Counted from the stretch's first letter, positions 39,036 to 54,765 are shown. The stretch is 64,000 nucleotides of DNA from Eledone cirrhosa (GCA_964016885.1 OZ024766.1:62001-126000); one strand, 5' to 3'. Notes: generated from the sequence alone by a model not told the origin. Made by a program: numbers and translations.

Positions 39036-39305
39036 GTATATATATGACAGAGACGGGGAGAAGGTGAGATGGGAGAAGTATATACACACTGTATGCAAAT
39101 CTACAGTCTTACAGTGTGTCCAGCCAGCCCTTCCGTTTTAATTAAAGCATCTTGTTCTCGCCATGTAAACCGTAGTTGACTCCTGTCTCAGCGGAGACGC
39201 CATATTCCAGAAACTTCTTTTATTACTTCGCTGATAAAAAAAAATGGCGGAAAGACTGCCTTGCCTTGCTTTCAACTTCACCTCTCTTCACCTCTCTCTC
39301 TATCG

Positions 39306-39341
<36 letters not shown>

Positions 39342-39374
39342 TTTTCTTCTCTCTCTCTCTCTCTCTCTTTTTCT

Positions 39375-39419
<45 letters not shown>

Positions 39420-39449
39420 TTTTCTTTCTCTCTCTCTCTCTTTTTTCTT

Positions 39450-39489
<40 letters not shown>

Positions 39490-39938
39490 GCTCTTCTTAT
39501 TTTTTCTATCTCTACCTAATACACACGCTATCTCTTTCTCTTTCTTTCTCTCTTTCTGTCGTTCTCTCTCTTTTTTTCTCTTTCTTTCTGTCGTTTTCTC
39601 TTCTCTCTCTCTCTCTCTTTTTCTTCTCTCTCTCTCTCTCTCTCTCACACACGCTCTTTTTATTTTTTCTATCTCTACCCTAATACACACGATATCTCTC
39701 TCTCTTTCTGTCGTTCTCTCTCTTTTTTTTCTCTCTTTCTTTCTGTCGTTTTCTCTCTCTCTCTCTCTCTCTCTCTGTATATATATAACATTTTTCATCT
39801 TGATGTCATAGTCACTTATATGTCTGAGTTATTGTCGGCTTTTTGCTTACATTAATTTCTCTATTTTCATTTATACACACGCACACGCACACGCATAATA
39901 CATACATACATACATACATACATACATACATACATACA

Positions 39939-39970
<32 letters not shown>

Positions 39971-39974
39971 AAAA

Positions 39975-40093
39975 GGATCGATCGATTTTCGTCAAATCGG
40001 ACCGAGGAAACAATGTTTCATTGGTCTTTCCAGTTGCTAATTACTATCTATCGGTCGCAACTCCAGGTAGAAGGAGCAACGTGAAATAAAGTG
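39975..40093 (-). mobile_element. SINE family B 3' fragment
   Basis: Matches 1970-2085. Confidence 0.8.
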
Positions 40094-40126
<33 letters not shown>

Positions 40127-40236
40127 TATATTTATATAATCTTGTACCTAGCTATATTTTTTGAATTTTCAATATGATTCATCTTAACCAAAGTTAAAGG
40201 TGTAAAACATTTAAAATCCCAGGTGCACACATATTC

Positions 40237-40274
<38 letters not shown>

Positions 40275-40296
40275 TATATATATATGCTTACATATA

Positions 40297-40858
40297 ATGA
40301 TATGGGACAGGGAGAAGAAGGCATGCTCAGAAGTGGAAGTTAGCTGCCCACCAGATGCCAATATAATATTAAAGATTAGCGAAAAGGAGAATATTTATGC
40401 AGAACTGATGAGAAATTTGCAGATACTCCACCCTGATTACACCTTCAGATTTATACCTGTGATTATTGGGGCACTGGGGTATGTTAGTACCTGCCTCAAT
40501 ACAAATCTTGAGAAGCTAGGCTTCACAGGAACAGAAAGAACTCAACTAGTTAGGAAATTACAAGTACAATCCATTAATGGAACAGTAAAAATATGAAAAC
40601 ATTCCAAAGTTTTGCATCTAATAACTTAATAACTCCATATACACATGTACAGATACAAAGCATATACACATGCACACATACAACTCAAAACAATCACATC
40701 CACACATACAATAACATCCATACCTTCACACACATGCATGCAGGCATGCATACATATCTACTGAGTTGATGTGTAAATTCTAATGAGAGAGTCTTGTATC
40801 TATGTTGGAAACCTACTCTCTATTGACAAACATTTGTGAAGTTATAAAACCAGAAAAA
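40297..40858 (+). mobile_element. R4/Dong-like (RLE-endonuclease) non-LTR retrotransposon 3' end
   Basis: IWDREKKACSEVEVSCP..K..Y..FIPVIIGALG is a restriction-like endonuclease signature. The 3' UTR ends at (TACA)n. Confidence 0.75.
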
Positions 40859-41234
40859 CATACATACATTACATACATACATACATGGTGGCTGCCAACT
40901 CGTTTTCGAGTATGGCCACTACTTTATATCCATGTAGGAGAAACCCTATTGATGCGCTGAACGAGTGTGACTTTTAGTCCAGCCCTGCGACATGAAAACT
41001 CTGGCACAAACATTACACTTGTGACAATTATTGACACATAGTGCTGGGCCCATGGTACCATGTGACGACAAATGCAGAGTGATCTCCAGATATAAAGCAA
41101 TGCCTGTGCCGTGAAGCTTTTATAGTGAGCAAAGGCACTGCACAAAGCCAGTCCCACTCTCTTAACAAGATGATATTTATCAAAAAGAAGAACAAGTCAC
41201 ATCATTGGATACCATCAGGGTTGCAGGTGTTATA

Positions 41235-41441
41235 TCAGAGTTTTCCTTCTCCTAGAATTTCTGCCTTGACAAAGGCTAAGGGGTCATCTCTCCCGGTGAT
41301 TTTGGATGGCCATTGACTCTTAAGAGCTCCTTTGCCCTTTGACAGGTTTTGTTTTTAGTCCTGCAGGATGTCCAAAGTCACCCTCCTCACCAAGAAACCT
41401 TGGTGGGGTTGCCAGTTTAGTCGCCAACGACCCGACCATGA
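41235..41441. mobile_element. Dispersed repeat, probable RTE 5'-region remnant (second copy about 51143-51320)
   Basis: GATGGCC.TTGACTCTTA..CCTGCAGG.TGTCCAA..ACCCTCC.CACCAAG..ACGACCCGACCATG is shared. The RTE assignment is from memory only. Confidence 0.45.
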
Positions 41442-41561
41442 GACATACATACATACATACATACATACATACATACATACATACATACATACATACATAC
41501 ATACATACATACATTATGAGTATTATCTATATATTATTTATATAAATGACATAACGCAATT

Positions 41562-41641
41562 GGCTACAGCATGGTTTCCAACTACAACGGGTCAATTTTC
41601 ACTCGGCAATTTGTCTCTTACCTTGGTGCAGTCATCAGGCC
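41562..41641 (-). ncRNA. Decayed hammerhead-like motif
   Basis: Reverse complement GGC-CTGATGA-CTGCA...TGTAGttg-GAAA-CCATGCTG-T-A^-GCC. Stems are short or imperfect. Confidence 0.45.
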
Positions 41642-42159
41642 TATGTTTACATATGGATGACACGAGTAAACGCAACATAACGTGGGATCCCCACCAGATT
41701 GCCATACGATTTCTTGTGGACAAATTCATTAATAGAAAGATACACGTACACTCAGGATATGGTTTGTGTGTTTCTATGTATATATGTGTGCGTGTATGTG
41801 TGTATGTGTGTATGTGTGTGCGTGTATGTGTGTATGTGTGTGCCTATGTATGTGTGTATGTGTTGCCTATGTATGTGTGAGTTTCTGCACATGTGAATAT
41901 TTGAAAGACATGCCCTACATTCAAGCTTAAACCATTTTGACATACATACATACATACATATATACACACACATATATACATATATATACACACACATATA
42001 TATACACACACATATATACATATATATACACACACATATATATACACACACATATATATACATATATATACACACACACATATATATACACACACACATA
42101 CACACACACACACACACACATATATACACACACATATATACACACACACACGCACACAC

Positions 42160-42192
<33 letters not shown>

Positions 42193-42750
42193 TATATATA
42201 CACACACATATATATATATATACACACACACACATATATATATATATATACACACATATATATATGTGTATATATACACCTAGACTGAAACATACATGTG
42301 TGAGTGTAGGAGGTGGTAAGGAGAAGGAGGTAGGGCTAGAAAATAGCCTCTCTACCGGAAGTGACACAATTCTGCCCCCATAAAACGTAAACAGGCGAAT
42401 ATTTTGACACGAGTGCCAGGGTTATACAAATTACCAAGTTGCGGTGGTGGTGTAGTGGTGTGGTGGTGGTGTTGTAGTAGTGGTGGTGGTGTAGTGGTAG
42501 AGGTGGTGGTGGTAGAGGTGGTGTTGGTCGTGGCGGTGGTGGTAGTGGTGGTGGTGGCGGTGTTGTAGTTGTGGTGGTGGTGGTGGTGGGGAGGGAGGTT
42601 GACCTCTTCTAAAAACTTCTCACCTCCCCCATTAATCTCTCCCCCTCTCTCATTCTGACTATATATACACACACACACACGCACACATATATATAAATAT
42701 AGATACATACATATATATATACACATATATATATATGTGTACATACATAT

Positions 42751-42831
<81 letters not shown>

Positions 42832-43134
42832 TAATATATACACCTATATATATATATTAATATATATATATATGACCCCCCGCCCTCTCTACATTTATTT
42901 ACCACTTCCCCCTCTTCCTCTCACTCCGTAACAGATCTGTTTGTCTCAGTATCTCCCATGTGCCCCCACCCCCTCACAACGCCGCCTCCTACTCCCCCCT
43001 CCCCTATCTCTATACGTTACTATCATTAGACCTCCCCTTCGTTACCATATTTCTAATAAATGGCTCTGTCAATGGTTTGGAAAATAATCAAGAGTTTGGA
43101 AGGATTTTCTAATATAACTTTCTCATTATTATGT

Positions 43135-43680
43135 TGGTGTTTGAACATAACTTAACAAAAGTTCTTACATAAAATTATGACGGAAGGTTTTTAGATAAAT
43201 ATAACACTTTAAATTCAGGTTTTGTATGATAGAACCAGGGGTGTTTGGAACATAACTTAACAAAGGTTCTTACATAAAATTATGACGGAAGGTTTTTAGA
43301 TAATATAAACACTTTAAATTCAGGTTTTGTATTATAGAACCAGGGGTGTTTGGCACATAACTTAACAAAGGTTCTTACATAAAATTATGACGGAAGGTTT
43401 TTAGATAAATATAAACACTTTAAATTCAGGTTTTGTATCATAGAACCAGGGGTGTTTGGCACATAACTTAACAAAGGTTCTTACATAAAATTATGACGGA
43501 AGGTTTTTAGATAAATATAAGCACTTTAAAATCAGGTTTTGTATCATAAAACCAGGGGTGTTTGGAACATAACTTAACAAAGGTTCTTACATAAAATTAT
43601 GACGGAAGGTTTTTAGATAAATATAAAACACTTAAATTCAGGTTTTGTATCATAGAACCAGGGGTGTTTGGCACATAACT
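43135..43680. repeat. Tandem repeat of about 106 bp (about 5 copies)
   Basis: Unit ACATAACTTAACAAAGGTTCTTACATAAAATTATGACGGAAGG... A single inverted relative lies at about 45945-46030. Confidence 0.9.
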
Positions 43681-44090
43681 TCTCCTTTTCACTAATCTCT
43701 GATATTATATTGGCATCTGCTGGGCAGCTAACTTCCACTTCTGAGCATGCCTTCTTTTCCTAGTCCCATATCATAATATCTGGTCTGTTATGCCTGCACT
43801 TTATTGGGGTTTTTACTGGAACATTCACCAGTACTCTTTCATATTATGAACATGGATATCTTCCACAGTGTTGTAGCTTTTAATGCGTTTATTATCGGGG
43901 CTATCCTTTTACGAACTGCATTGTACAGTGTTTTGGCCACTACATCATACCTCATAGGTAGATAGTACCGCGATGACATCTTTGGACAGCTGCTGATGAC
44001 CATGGGTGATATCCTCGATGTTAGTTCTGCAGAGTCTGCACTTGTTATCACATCTAGGTGTTTTACTGCATCTCTATCTCTTTTGTGAAT
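43681..44090 (-). mobile_element. R4/Dong-like retrotransposon fragment (CCHC-like knuckle plus RLE start)
   Basis: Reverse complement CRLCRTNIEDITH..SSCPKMSSRYYLPMRYDVVAK..HNRPDIMIWD*EKKACSEVEVSCP. Overlaps the sequence of 40297. Confidence 0.8.
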
Positions 44091-44125
44091 GTTTTGCCTG
44101 CATCCCTATCTTATTTCTCATTCTT

Positions 44126-44161
44126 TCTTCTGATGAAGGACTAGCGTCCGAAACGTTAAGA
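44126..44161 (+). ncRNA. Ultra-minimal hammerhead motif
   Basis: TCTT-CTGATGA-a-GGAC tagc GTCC-GAAA-CG-T-T^-AAGA. Confidence 0.75.
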
Positions 44162-44320
44162 TCCTGCTATATCAAGCGTTAACCTAATATATCCCTTCCA
44201 TATACTGTACCGATTGTGTTGCTATTTCTGTTTATCTTTTACACACACACACACACACCACACACCACACACACACACACACAGATATGCATGTGGCTGT
44301 GTATATGTTTGTGTACAAAT

Positions 44321-44351
<31 letters not shown>

Positions 44352-44414
44352 CACATGTATATATATATATATGTATATATATAAGCATGTGACTCTGTAT
44401 ATGTTTGTATAAAT

Positions 44415-44445
<31 letters not shown>

Positions 44446-44449
44446 CATG

Positions 44450-44483
<34 letters not shown>

Positions 44484-44524
44484 AGCATGTGGCTGTGTAT
44501 ATGTTTGTGTATAAATGTATGTAG

Positions 44525-44558
<34 letters not shown>

Positions 44559-44607
44559 ATATGTATATATATAAGCATGTGGCTGTGTATATGTTTGTGT
44601 ATAAATG

Positions 44608-44663
<56 letters not shown>

Positions 44664-44910
44664 TGGGGCTGTGTATATGTTTGTGTACAAAAGCGTTTCT
44701 ATTGGACAAAAACAAAGATAGTAAAACCATCTGACTGATAGAGACCGACAGGGAAATTGACAGAGATCTTATGAAAACAAAGGGAAGGTAAGATGGCGAA
44801 AGTAGGGGGTTGGTGGAGGAGAGAGATTGTATGAAGGTGAAAGGTGAAGAGGGGAAGGGGGGATAAAGCGGCTGGGAGGATGAGATGTCAATTAGCCGTT
44901 TATGGTGGTT

Positions 44911-44947
<37 letters not shown>

Positions 44948-44954
44948 TACTTTG

Positions 44955-44989
<35 letters not shown>

Positions 44990-45095
44990 CTATACAGTGT
45001 TTATATATATATATATATATATAAGCCACATGTATGTGTATATATATATATATATGGCTTATATATATATATATATATATATAAACACAGTATAG

Positions 45096-45126
<31 letters not shown>

Positions 45127-45213
45127 AAGTAAATCTAATATATATATATATGAATACAAAGTAAATCTAATATATATATATTTATATATATATATATATA
45201 TACAAAGTAAAGC

Positions 45214-45303
<90 letters not shown>

Positions 45304-45458
45304 CCACCCCACTCTGAAGCGTGAACCTAATATTAACAGTTTGTTCTGCCGCTTCGCTTTTTTTGTTTTTTTTGTTTTCTGTTTTAACTATAATACATAC
45401 ATACATATATATATATATAGATATATATACACACACACACAAAGTAAAGCTATATATA

Positions 45459-45612
<154 letters not shown>

Positions 45613-45646
45613 AAGTAAAGCTATATATATATACACACACACACAC

Positions 45647-45687
<41 letters not shown>

Positions 45688-46172
45688 TATCTCAATGTGC
45701 AAGTAAACAAGCTTTTCTGTAGATACACTGATATAGGTACATACGAGCTTATAAACACACAGACACACACAGACACACACAGACACACACACACACACGT
45801 ACAGAACAGCGCCAACTAGACGCTTTCAACCTAATGGAAACAGTAGGGAACGTGAAATAATCTGATTGAGTTGCTGTAAAAAACGATTAGGGTCTTCACC
45901 TGTAAAAATAGGAAACCCCTAAAAATGTGTAGGATGTCTTAGGAGTTTAAAGTGTTTATATTTATCTAAAAAATCTTCCATCATGATTTTATGTAAGAAC
46001 CTTTGTTAAGTTATGTTCCAAACACCAAGTTAGTAATGAGTTATTAAATAGCACAAAATTTATGGTTATTTTCAAAATTACTTGAAAATCATAAACAGAA
46101 ATAAGGAAACGAAAGGGATAACCCGTTAGGGAGAAGATTACCTGAAGAGAGAGGTTAGACTGGACTGGAGTA

Positions 46173-47024
46173 AAGTTAGACTGAAGGTATACAGAAGATA
46201 GACAGAAGAGAGAAGTTAGACTGAAGTACGACAGAAGTTAGACTGAAGTACGACAAAAGTTAGGCTGAAGTACGACAGAAGTTAGGCTGAAGTACGACAG
46301 AAGTTAGACTGAAGTACGACAAAAGTTAGACTGAAGTACGACAGAAGTTAGACTGAAGTACGACAGAAGTTAGACTGAAGTACGACAGAAGTTAGACAGA
46401 AGTTACAAGTTAGATAGAAGTACGACAGAAGACATGAGTTATACAGCCCAACAGAAGTTAGACAAACATTAGTGAGAAGTTAGACAGAAGTTAGACAAAC
46501 ATTAGAGAGAAGTTAGACAGAAGTTAGACAAACATTAGAGAGAAGTTAGACAGAAGTTAGACAAACATTAGAGAGAAGTTAGAAAGAAGTTAGACAAACA
46601 TTAGAGAGAAGTTAGACAGAAGTTAGACAAACATTAGAGAGAAGTTAGACAGAAGTTAGACAAACATTAGAGAGAAGTTAGAAAGAGGTTAGACAAACAT
46701 TAGAGAGAAGTTAGACAGAAGTTAGACAAACATTAGAGAGAAGTTAGACAGAAGTTAGACAAACATTAAAGAGAAGTTAGACAGAAGTTAGACAAACATT
46801 AGAGAGAAGTTAGACAGAAGTTAGACAAACATTAGAGAGAAGTTAGACAGAAGTTAGACAAACATTAGAGAGAAGTTAGACAGAAGTTAGACAAACATTA
46901 GAGAGAAGTTAGACAGAAGTTAGACAAACATTAAAGAGAAGTTAGACAGAAGTTAGACAAACATTAAAGAGAAGTTAGACAGAAGTTAGACAAACATTAA
47001 AGAGAAGTTAGACAGAAGTTAGAC
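46173..47024. repeat. Higher-order minisatellite: 22-bp then 33-bp units built on an 11-bp AGTTAGACAGA monomer
   Basis: Direct reading. Confidence 0.9.
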
Positions 47025-47199
47025 GATAAGCCACTCGCTTTCACTATGTGTTTGTGTATATATGTATGTCTATATCTTGTATCTATATTTATTGTATCTT
47101 GTATCTATACATACTAATGTATATATATATATATATATATATATACGTAGTAACGTGTTATATGAGAAAAAAAACAGCGTATCTTCATATTTATTGTGT

Positions 47200-47250
47200 A
47201 CTAATCTGAATAAGAATACCAGAAACCCGGGCAACGCCAGGTAATTCAGC

Positions 47251-47254
<4 letters not shown>
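47200..47254 (-). mobile_element. Helentron-like terminus
   Basis: Reverse complement ATTAGCTGAATTACCTGGCGTTGCCCGGG, similar to 16316. Confidence 0.45.
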
Positions 47255-47306
<52 letters not shown>

Positions 47307-47770
47307 TTATATATATATATGTGTATATATATATATATATTTAATACACAGGCTCCACAGCCTCCACCATACACGATTATAAACTAACAACCCACTCCAA
47401 CGCCACCAACTCCACACCCCACACCCCGCCCCACACTCTGTCCACTCCCACCCCACACCCTCTCCATCCTAACCATCCCTCACCACCCCACCACCCTCTC
47501 CACCCTAACCATCTCTCACCACCCCACCGTCCCACCACCCCTATCAACCCTCTCCGCCCCACAACTCACCCCTCCCCATTCTCCACCCCATCGCCACCCT
47601 CCTCCACCCTCGACCCCCCACCCACCCTCTCCACCGCCCAAAAAACTGTTATCTTCTGCCATGACTGTTTATCTTCTGCTCGGCTAAACAAGAATAATTT
47701 GAAGGGTTAATTATCACCATGCACCCCAACCCCCCCATACTACACTGTGTCTAGTAAACCACCTGACAAC

Positions 47771-47817
<47 letters not shown>

Positions 47818-47873
47818 AGCTACTACTACCACTACTACTACTACTTCTACTACTGCTACTACAGCTACTACCA

Positions 47874-47904
<31 letters not shown>

Positions 47905-47924
47905 CACTACTGCTGCTACTACAG

Positions 47925-47958
<34 letters not shown>

Positions 47959-48516
47959 AACTAATACAAGTACTAACACCACCACACCGCCAACACTACC
48001 ACCACCATAACACCACCAACACTACCACCACCACCACCACACCACCACCACCACCACAATTACAAATTTAGTATAAATAAGGAATTATGAAAACTCCTTT
48101 GTAAAAATCAGAGAATACTATAGATGTTTAAATAACCCCAGTTATTTAATTATATATATGTGTGTGTGTTTGTGTGTATACATGTGTGTGTGTATATATG
48201 TGTGTGTGTATATATGTGTGTGTATATATATGTGTGTGTGTATGTGTGTGTGTGTGTGTATATGTATGCGTGTGTATATGTGTGTGTATGTGTATATATG
48301 TATATATATGTGTGTGTGTGTATATGTGTGTGTGTATATATATATGTGTGTGTATATGTGTATGTGTATATATATATATGTATGTGTATATGTGTATATA
48401 TGTATATATATATATGTATGTATGTCTGTGTGTGAGTATATATATATGTGTATGTGTGTGTGTGTATTTGTATATATATATATATATATATATGTGTATG
48501 TGTACATTTGTGTGTG

Positions 48517-48547
<31 letters not shown>

Positions 48548-48622
48548 ATATATGTGTGTATGTGTATATATATGTGTGTGTGTGTGTGTATTTATATGTG
48601 TGTGTGTGTGTGTGTGTATTTC

Positions 48623-48667
<45 letters not shown>

Positions 48668-48853
48668 ATTTCTGTATATATTTATGTATATATATAGATA
48701 GATAGATGTATATATATAGATAGATAGATGTATATATATATAGATAGATAGATGTATATAGATAGATAGATAGATGTATAGATAGATATATACATACATA
48801 AATTTGTGTGCATGTATAAATGTATATAAATTTCCGCTGATTTCCATATAAAT

Positions 48854-48889
<36 letters not shown>

Positions 48890-49164
48890 ACACACACACA
48901 CATTCACACATACATACATACATACATACATACACACATACACACATACACACATACATACATACATACATACATATGAGAGAGGGGGGTGTAGGAGAGT
49001 GCGGGACAGGTGGGGAGGAGAATGTGGGAACTACGTGTTGTATATACGGGTGGCCATATTGTGTTGAGGGCGGAATGTAACTATAGTTAATGTGTTATGT
49101 CACTGGCATTCTAGGAATAACTCTATATCTTACATATATACACATATATAGACGGCTATATATC

Positions 49165-49213
<49 letters not shown>

Positions 49214-49271
49214 ATATATATGTGTGTGTGTGTATATATATATGTGTGTGTGTGTGTATATATATATGTGG

Positions 49272-49409
<138 letters not shown>

Positions 49410-49617
49410 ATATATATATGTGTGTGTGTATATATATATATGTGTGTGTGTGTATATATATATGTGTGTGTGTGTGTATATATATGTGTGTGTGTGTGTA
49501 TAGATATATATGTGTGTATATATATATATATATGTGTGTGTGTATATATATATGTGTGTGTGTGTATATATATATATGTGTGTTTGTATATATATATATG
49601 TGTGTGTATAATATATA

Positions 49618-49662
<45 letters not shown>

Positions 49663-49734
49663 TCACATATTACACCCAGACACACGCGTGTATATGTATA
49701 TATATATTTATATATGAATATATTTATATATGAA

Positions 49735-49771
<37 letters not shown>

Positions 49772-50023
49772 TAGCCTACCACCTGTATATGTCACCCCAT
49801 CCCACATGTGCACTGTTGTGAAGTTTGGTTGGATGCGGTCCCAGGGTGTTGTCTTATCTGCTTATATTCCTGACAGTTGACAAAATATAACAACAACAAC
49901 AACATCAACAGTAACATCAACAACCATATATCATATATACTACACACACACACACACATACACACACATATATATATATAAACATATATAATATACACTC
50001 ATATGATATATCCAATATATACT

Positions 50024-50054
<31 letters not shown>

Positions 50055-50066
50055 AACATATATAAT

Positions 50067-50246
50067 TGTTTCTACTTTAGGCACAAGGCCAGCAATTACC
50101 CAGTGCATTACTGGTACTTTATTTTATCGACCCCGTAAGGATGAAAGGCAAAGTCAACCTCGGCGGGATTTGAACTCAGATCGTAAAGGGACGTAACTAT
50201 GCTGGAAAGCATGGCGTCCGACCCTCTACTGATACTGCCAATCCAC
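50067..50246 (-). mobile_element. SINE family A
   Basis: Near full-length reverse match. Confidence 0.85.
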
Positions 50247-50451
50247 ATATATAATATACACTCATATGATATATCCAATATATACTACATACATACACAC
50301 ATATATATAATATATATATATATAAACATATATAATATACACTCATATGATATATCCAATATATACTACATACATACACACATATATATATATATATATA
50401 AACATATATAATATACACTCATATGATATATCCAATATATACTACATACAT

Positions 50452-50505
<54 letters not shown>

Positions 50506-51573
50506 CACTCATATGATATATCCAATATATACTACAAACACACACACATACATACACACACATATATATATATAAACATATATAATATACACTCATATGA
50601 TATATCCAGATATGGAATTTTGTGAATAGGCATCATATGTTGTCATTTACCTATGGCTTAAATTTCATATAAATCGAAGGGAAAAAATGTTCAGTGGGGG
50701 TTTTGTGCCTCCGGGGAACCCTAATAGAGGGTTTAACCTCCATTAGGGTGTCTTAATATTATTGAAATTTTGTGAATAGGCATCATATGTTGTCATTTAC
50801 CTATGGCTTAAATTTCATATAAATCGAAGGGAAAAAATGTTCAGCGGGGTTTTGTGCCCCCGGGGAACCCTTCGATTAACATGAAATATACTTATCCAAG
50901 TACCCTGGGCAGTGTAGTTTCAGAATATATATGTTTATTGGGGTCTATCTCCAAAACAATAGCTTCTCCTGAAGGTCAATTGTTCTCTTCTAACTCAAGC
51001 GGGAGCGCCTTTCCATTGTCAATTTGCAATGATCCTCTGCAAAGCCGCATTGTTCTCAGAACCACGACACTAGTCTATCGATCTGTGCAGCTGAAACTAC
51101 TGCTACCCATTGATTTGGCAAGATTTTTTCTCTCCCCTTTTTTAGATGGCCGTTGACTCTTATGCGTTCTTCCACCCTTTGTCAGGTTTTTGGCCTGCAG
51201 GCTGTCCAATATTACCCTCCACACCAAGTAAATATCGTGGGGTAGCAGATTTAGCCCCCGACGACCCGACCATGCAACAGGTTCTACTGGCTTACTACCA
51301 GTGGCACTCGAGAGTGACCTGACATATTTACATCATATATTAAATATATATATATATATATTATATTATATATATATATATTATATATTATATATATATA
51401 TTATATATTATATATATATATATATATTATATATTATATATTATATATATATATATATATATATTATATATTAAAAATATATATATATATTATATATTAT
51501 ATATATATATATATTATATAATATATATTATATATTATATATATATATATATTAAATATATATATATATATAT

Positions 51574-51658
<85 letters not shown>

Positions 51659-51916
51659 ATATTATATATTATATATATATATATTATATATTATATATAT
51701 TATATATTATGTATATATATATATTATATATTATGTATATATATTTATATATTATATATATATATATATATTATATATTATATATATATATTATATATAT
51801 ATATTATATATTATGTATATATATTTATATATTATATATTATGTATATATATTTATATATTATATATTATGTATATATATTTATATATTATATATTATGT
51901 ATATATATTTATATAT

Positions 51917-51957
<41 letters not shown>

Positions 51958-52584
51958 TATATATATATATATATATTATATATATATATATTATATATAT
52001 ATATATATATTATATATATATATATATATAATATATTATATATATATATATATATTATATAATATATATTATATATATATTATATATATATATATTATAT
52101 ATATATATATTATATATATATATATTATATATTAAAAATATATATATTATATATATATGTATATATATGTATATATATATGTATATGTATATATATATGT
52201 ATATATATATGTATATGTATATATATATGTATATGTATATATATATATGTATATGTATATATATATGTATATATATATATATATGTATATGTATATGCAT
52301 ATGTATATGCATATATATATGTATATATATATATATGAGAGAGAGAGAGTAATGTTCAGAGTATATAAATGTATACACAGATTTTCCATTGTGTATGTAT
52401 GTATGTATATATATACATACATACATATATACATATATACATACATACACATATATATATGCATATATATACATATATACATACATATATATATATACAT
52501 ATATATATACATATATACATACATACATATATATGTATATATATATATGTATACATATATATATACATACATACATACATACAT

Positions 52585-52626
<42 letters not shown>

Positions 52627-52684
52627 GCACATGCATGTATGTATGCTTGCGCCAATGTCTGAATGTATACATAGAATTAATGCG

Positions 52685-52722
<38 letters not shown>

Positions 52723-52724
52723 TT

Positions 52725-52741
52725 ATCTGTAGGTTCCTGCG

Positions 52742-52772
<31 letters not shown>

Positions 52773-53700
52773 CTGTAGGTTCCTGCGTGTATATATACAT
52801 GTATGTATATATATATCTGTAGGTTCCTGCGTGTATATATACATATATATATATATATATCTGTAGGTTCCTGCGTGTATATATACATGTATGTATAAAT
52901 GTATATATCTATCTGTAGGTTCCTGCGTGTATATATACATATATGTATAAATGTATATATATATCTGTCGGTTCCTGCGTGTATATATACATGTATGTAT
53001 AAATGTATATATATCTGTCGGTTCCTGCGTGTATATATACATGTATGTATAAATGTATATATCTATCTGTCGGTTCCTGCGTGTATATATACATGTATGT
53101 ATAAATGTATATATATCTGTAGGTTCCTGCGTGTATATATACATATACATATATATATATCTGTAGGTTCCTGCGTGTATATACACATGTATGTATGTAT
53201 ATATATATCTGTAGGTTCCTGCGTGTATATATACATGTATGTATAAATGTATATATCTATCTGTCGGTTCCTGCGTGTATATATACATATATGTATATAT
53301 CTATCTGTAGGTTCCTGCGTGTATATATACATGTATGTATAAATGTATATATCTATCTGTCGGTTCCTGCGTGTATATATATACATGTATGTATAAATGT
53401 ATATATCTATCTGTAGGTTCCTGCGTGTATATATACATGTATGTATATATCTATCTGTCGGTTCCTGCGTGTATATATACATGTATGTATAAATGTATAT
53501 ATATATCTGTCGGTTCCTGCGTGTATATATACATGTATGTATAAATGTATATATCTATCTGTCGGTTCCTGCGTGTATATATACATGTATGTATAAATGT
53601 ATATATCTATCTGTAGGTTCCTGCGTGTATATATATACATGTATGTATAAATGTATATATCTATCTGTAGGTTCCTGCGTGTATATATATACATGTATGT
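52725..53700. repeat. Minisatellite of about 50 bp with TCTGTAGGTTCCTGCGTG core
   Basis: About 19 cores separated by variable TA spacers. Confidence 0.9.
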
Positions 53701-53863
53701 ATATAATTAAAAGCTCGGGTGGTCTCTGTATATACGTTTGACACCCGACAGGGTATAAACTTTATTTGAATGATGGCTGACAATACCGCTTAAGTTATGC
53801 AGTGTCTATTCTATATACACAGACTCAGCGTTGCAAGCGGCTGAAACCGGATCTTGTAGATGG

Positions 53864-53970
53864 TGACGTCACTGGCAGACCAAGTTTGATGCGAAAATAC
53901 AAGTGACGTCACTAGCAACTACGGTTTGCCCCCCCACCCCACCCCACCCACAAAAAAAACAAGTGACGTC
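53864..53970. promoter_or_regulatory. Cluster of CRE-like sites
   Basis: TGACGTCA at 53864 and 53904, TGACGTCG at 53964. Confidence 0.3.
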
Positions 53971-54020
53971 GTCGCACGCATGCATTTATGCGTGTGTATA
54001 AGTAGGTGTGAGTATGTGTA

Positions 54021-54069
<49 letters not shown>

Positions 54070-54070
54070 A

Positions 54071-54142
<72 letters not shown>

Positions 54143-54200
54143 CATACATAACCCTTTTGCTTATATATATATATATATATATACATACATACCCCTTTTG

Positions 54201-54238
<38 letters not shown>

Positions 54239-54340
54239 CATACATACCCCCTTTTGCTTATATATATATATATATATATATATATACCCCTTTTGCTTAT
54301 ATATATATATATATATATATACATACATAGCCCTTTTGCT

Positions 54341-54372
<32 letters not shown>

Positions 54373-54391
54373 CATACATACCCCTTTTGCT

Positions 54392-54423
<32 letters not shown>

Positions 54424-54471
54424 CATACATACATACCCCTTTTGCTTATATATACACACATATATATATAT

Positions 54472-54658
54472 GTAGCGTTCAACGGGAGCTCCATTCTCAA
54501 CGGCTGCCAAGCCAAGATTGAGCATCCCAGCGAAGCGCGCGCATTCTTGTTTGGGAGTGAAGGAAGCACCAATCACGACAGTGTTGCCAACAGCCGTACG
54601 AACAGTTTCTCTGCGTCCCCATCGCTTTGGAGACCTTACTTTTGGGATTACTCTCGTA
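54472..54658. mobile_element. Mariner-like terminus
   Basis: The reverse complement begins TACGAGAGTAATCCCAAAAGTAAGGTCTCC, a mariner-type TIR at TA. Confidence 0.45.
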
Positions 54659-54765
54659 TATAGATATATATATAGGTAGGTAGATAGATAGATATAGATA
54701 GGTAGATAGATAGATAGATATATAGATAGATAGATAGGTATATAGATAGATAGGTAGATAGATAT

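Noticed and set aside
52725-53700. Constant core with variable spacers resembling CRISPR
   Set aside because: The spacers are only length variants of TA/TACA repeats.
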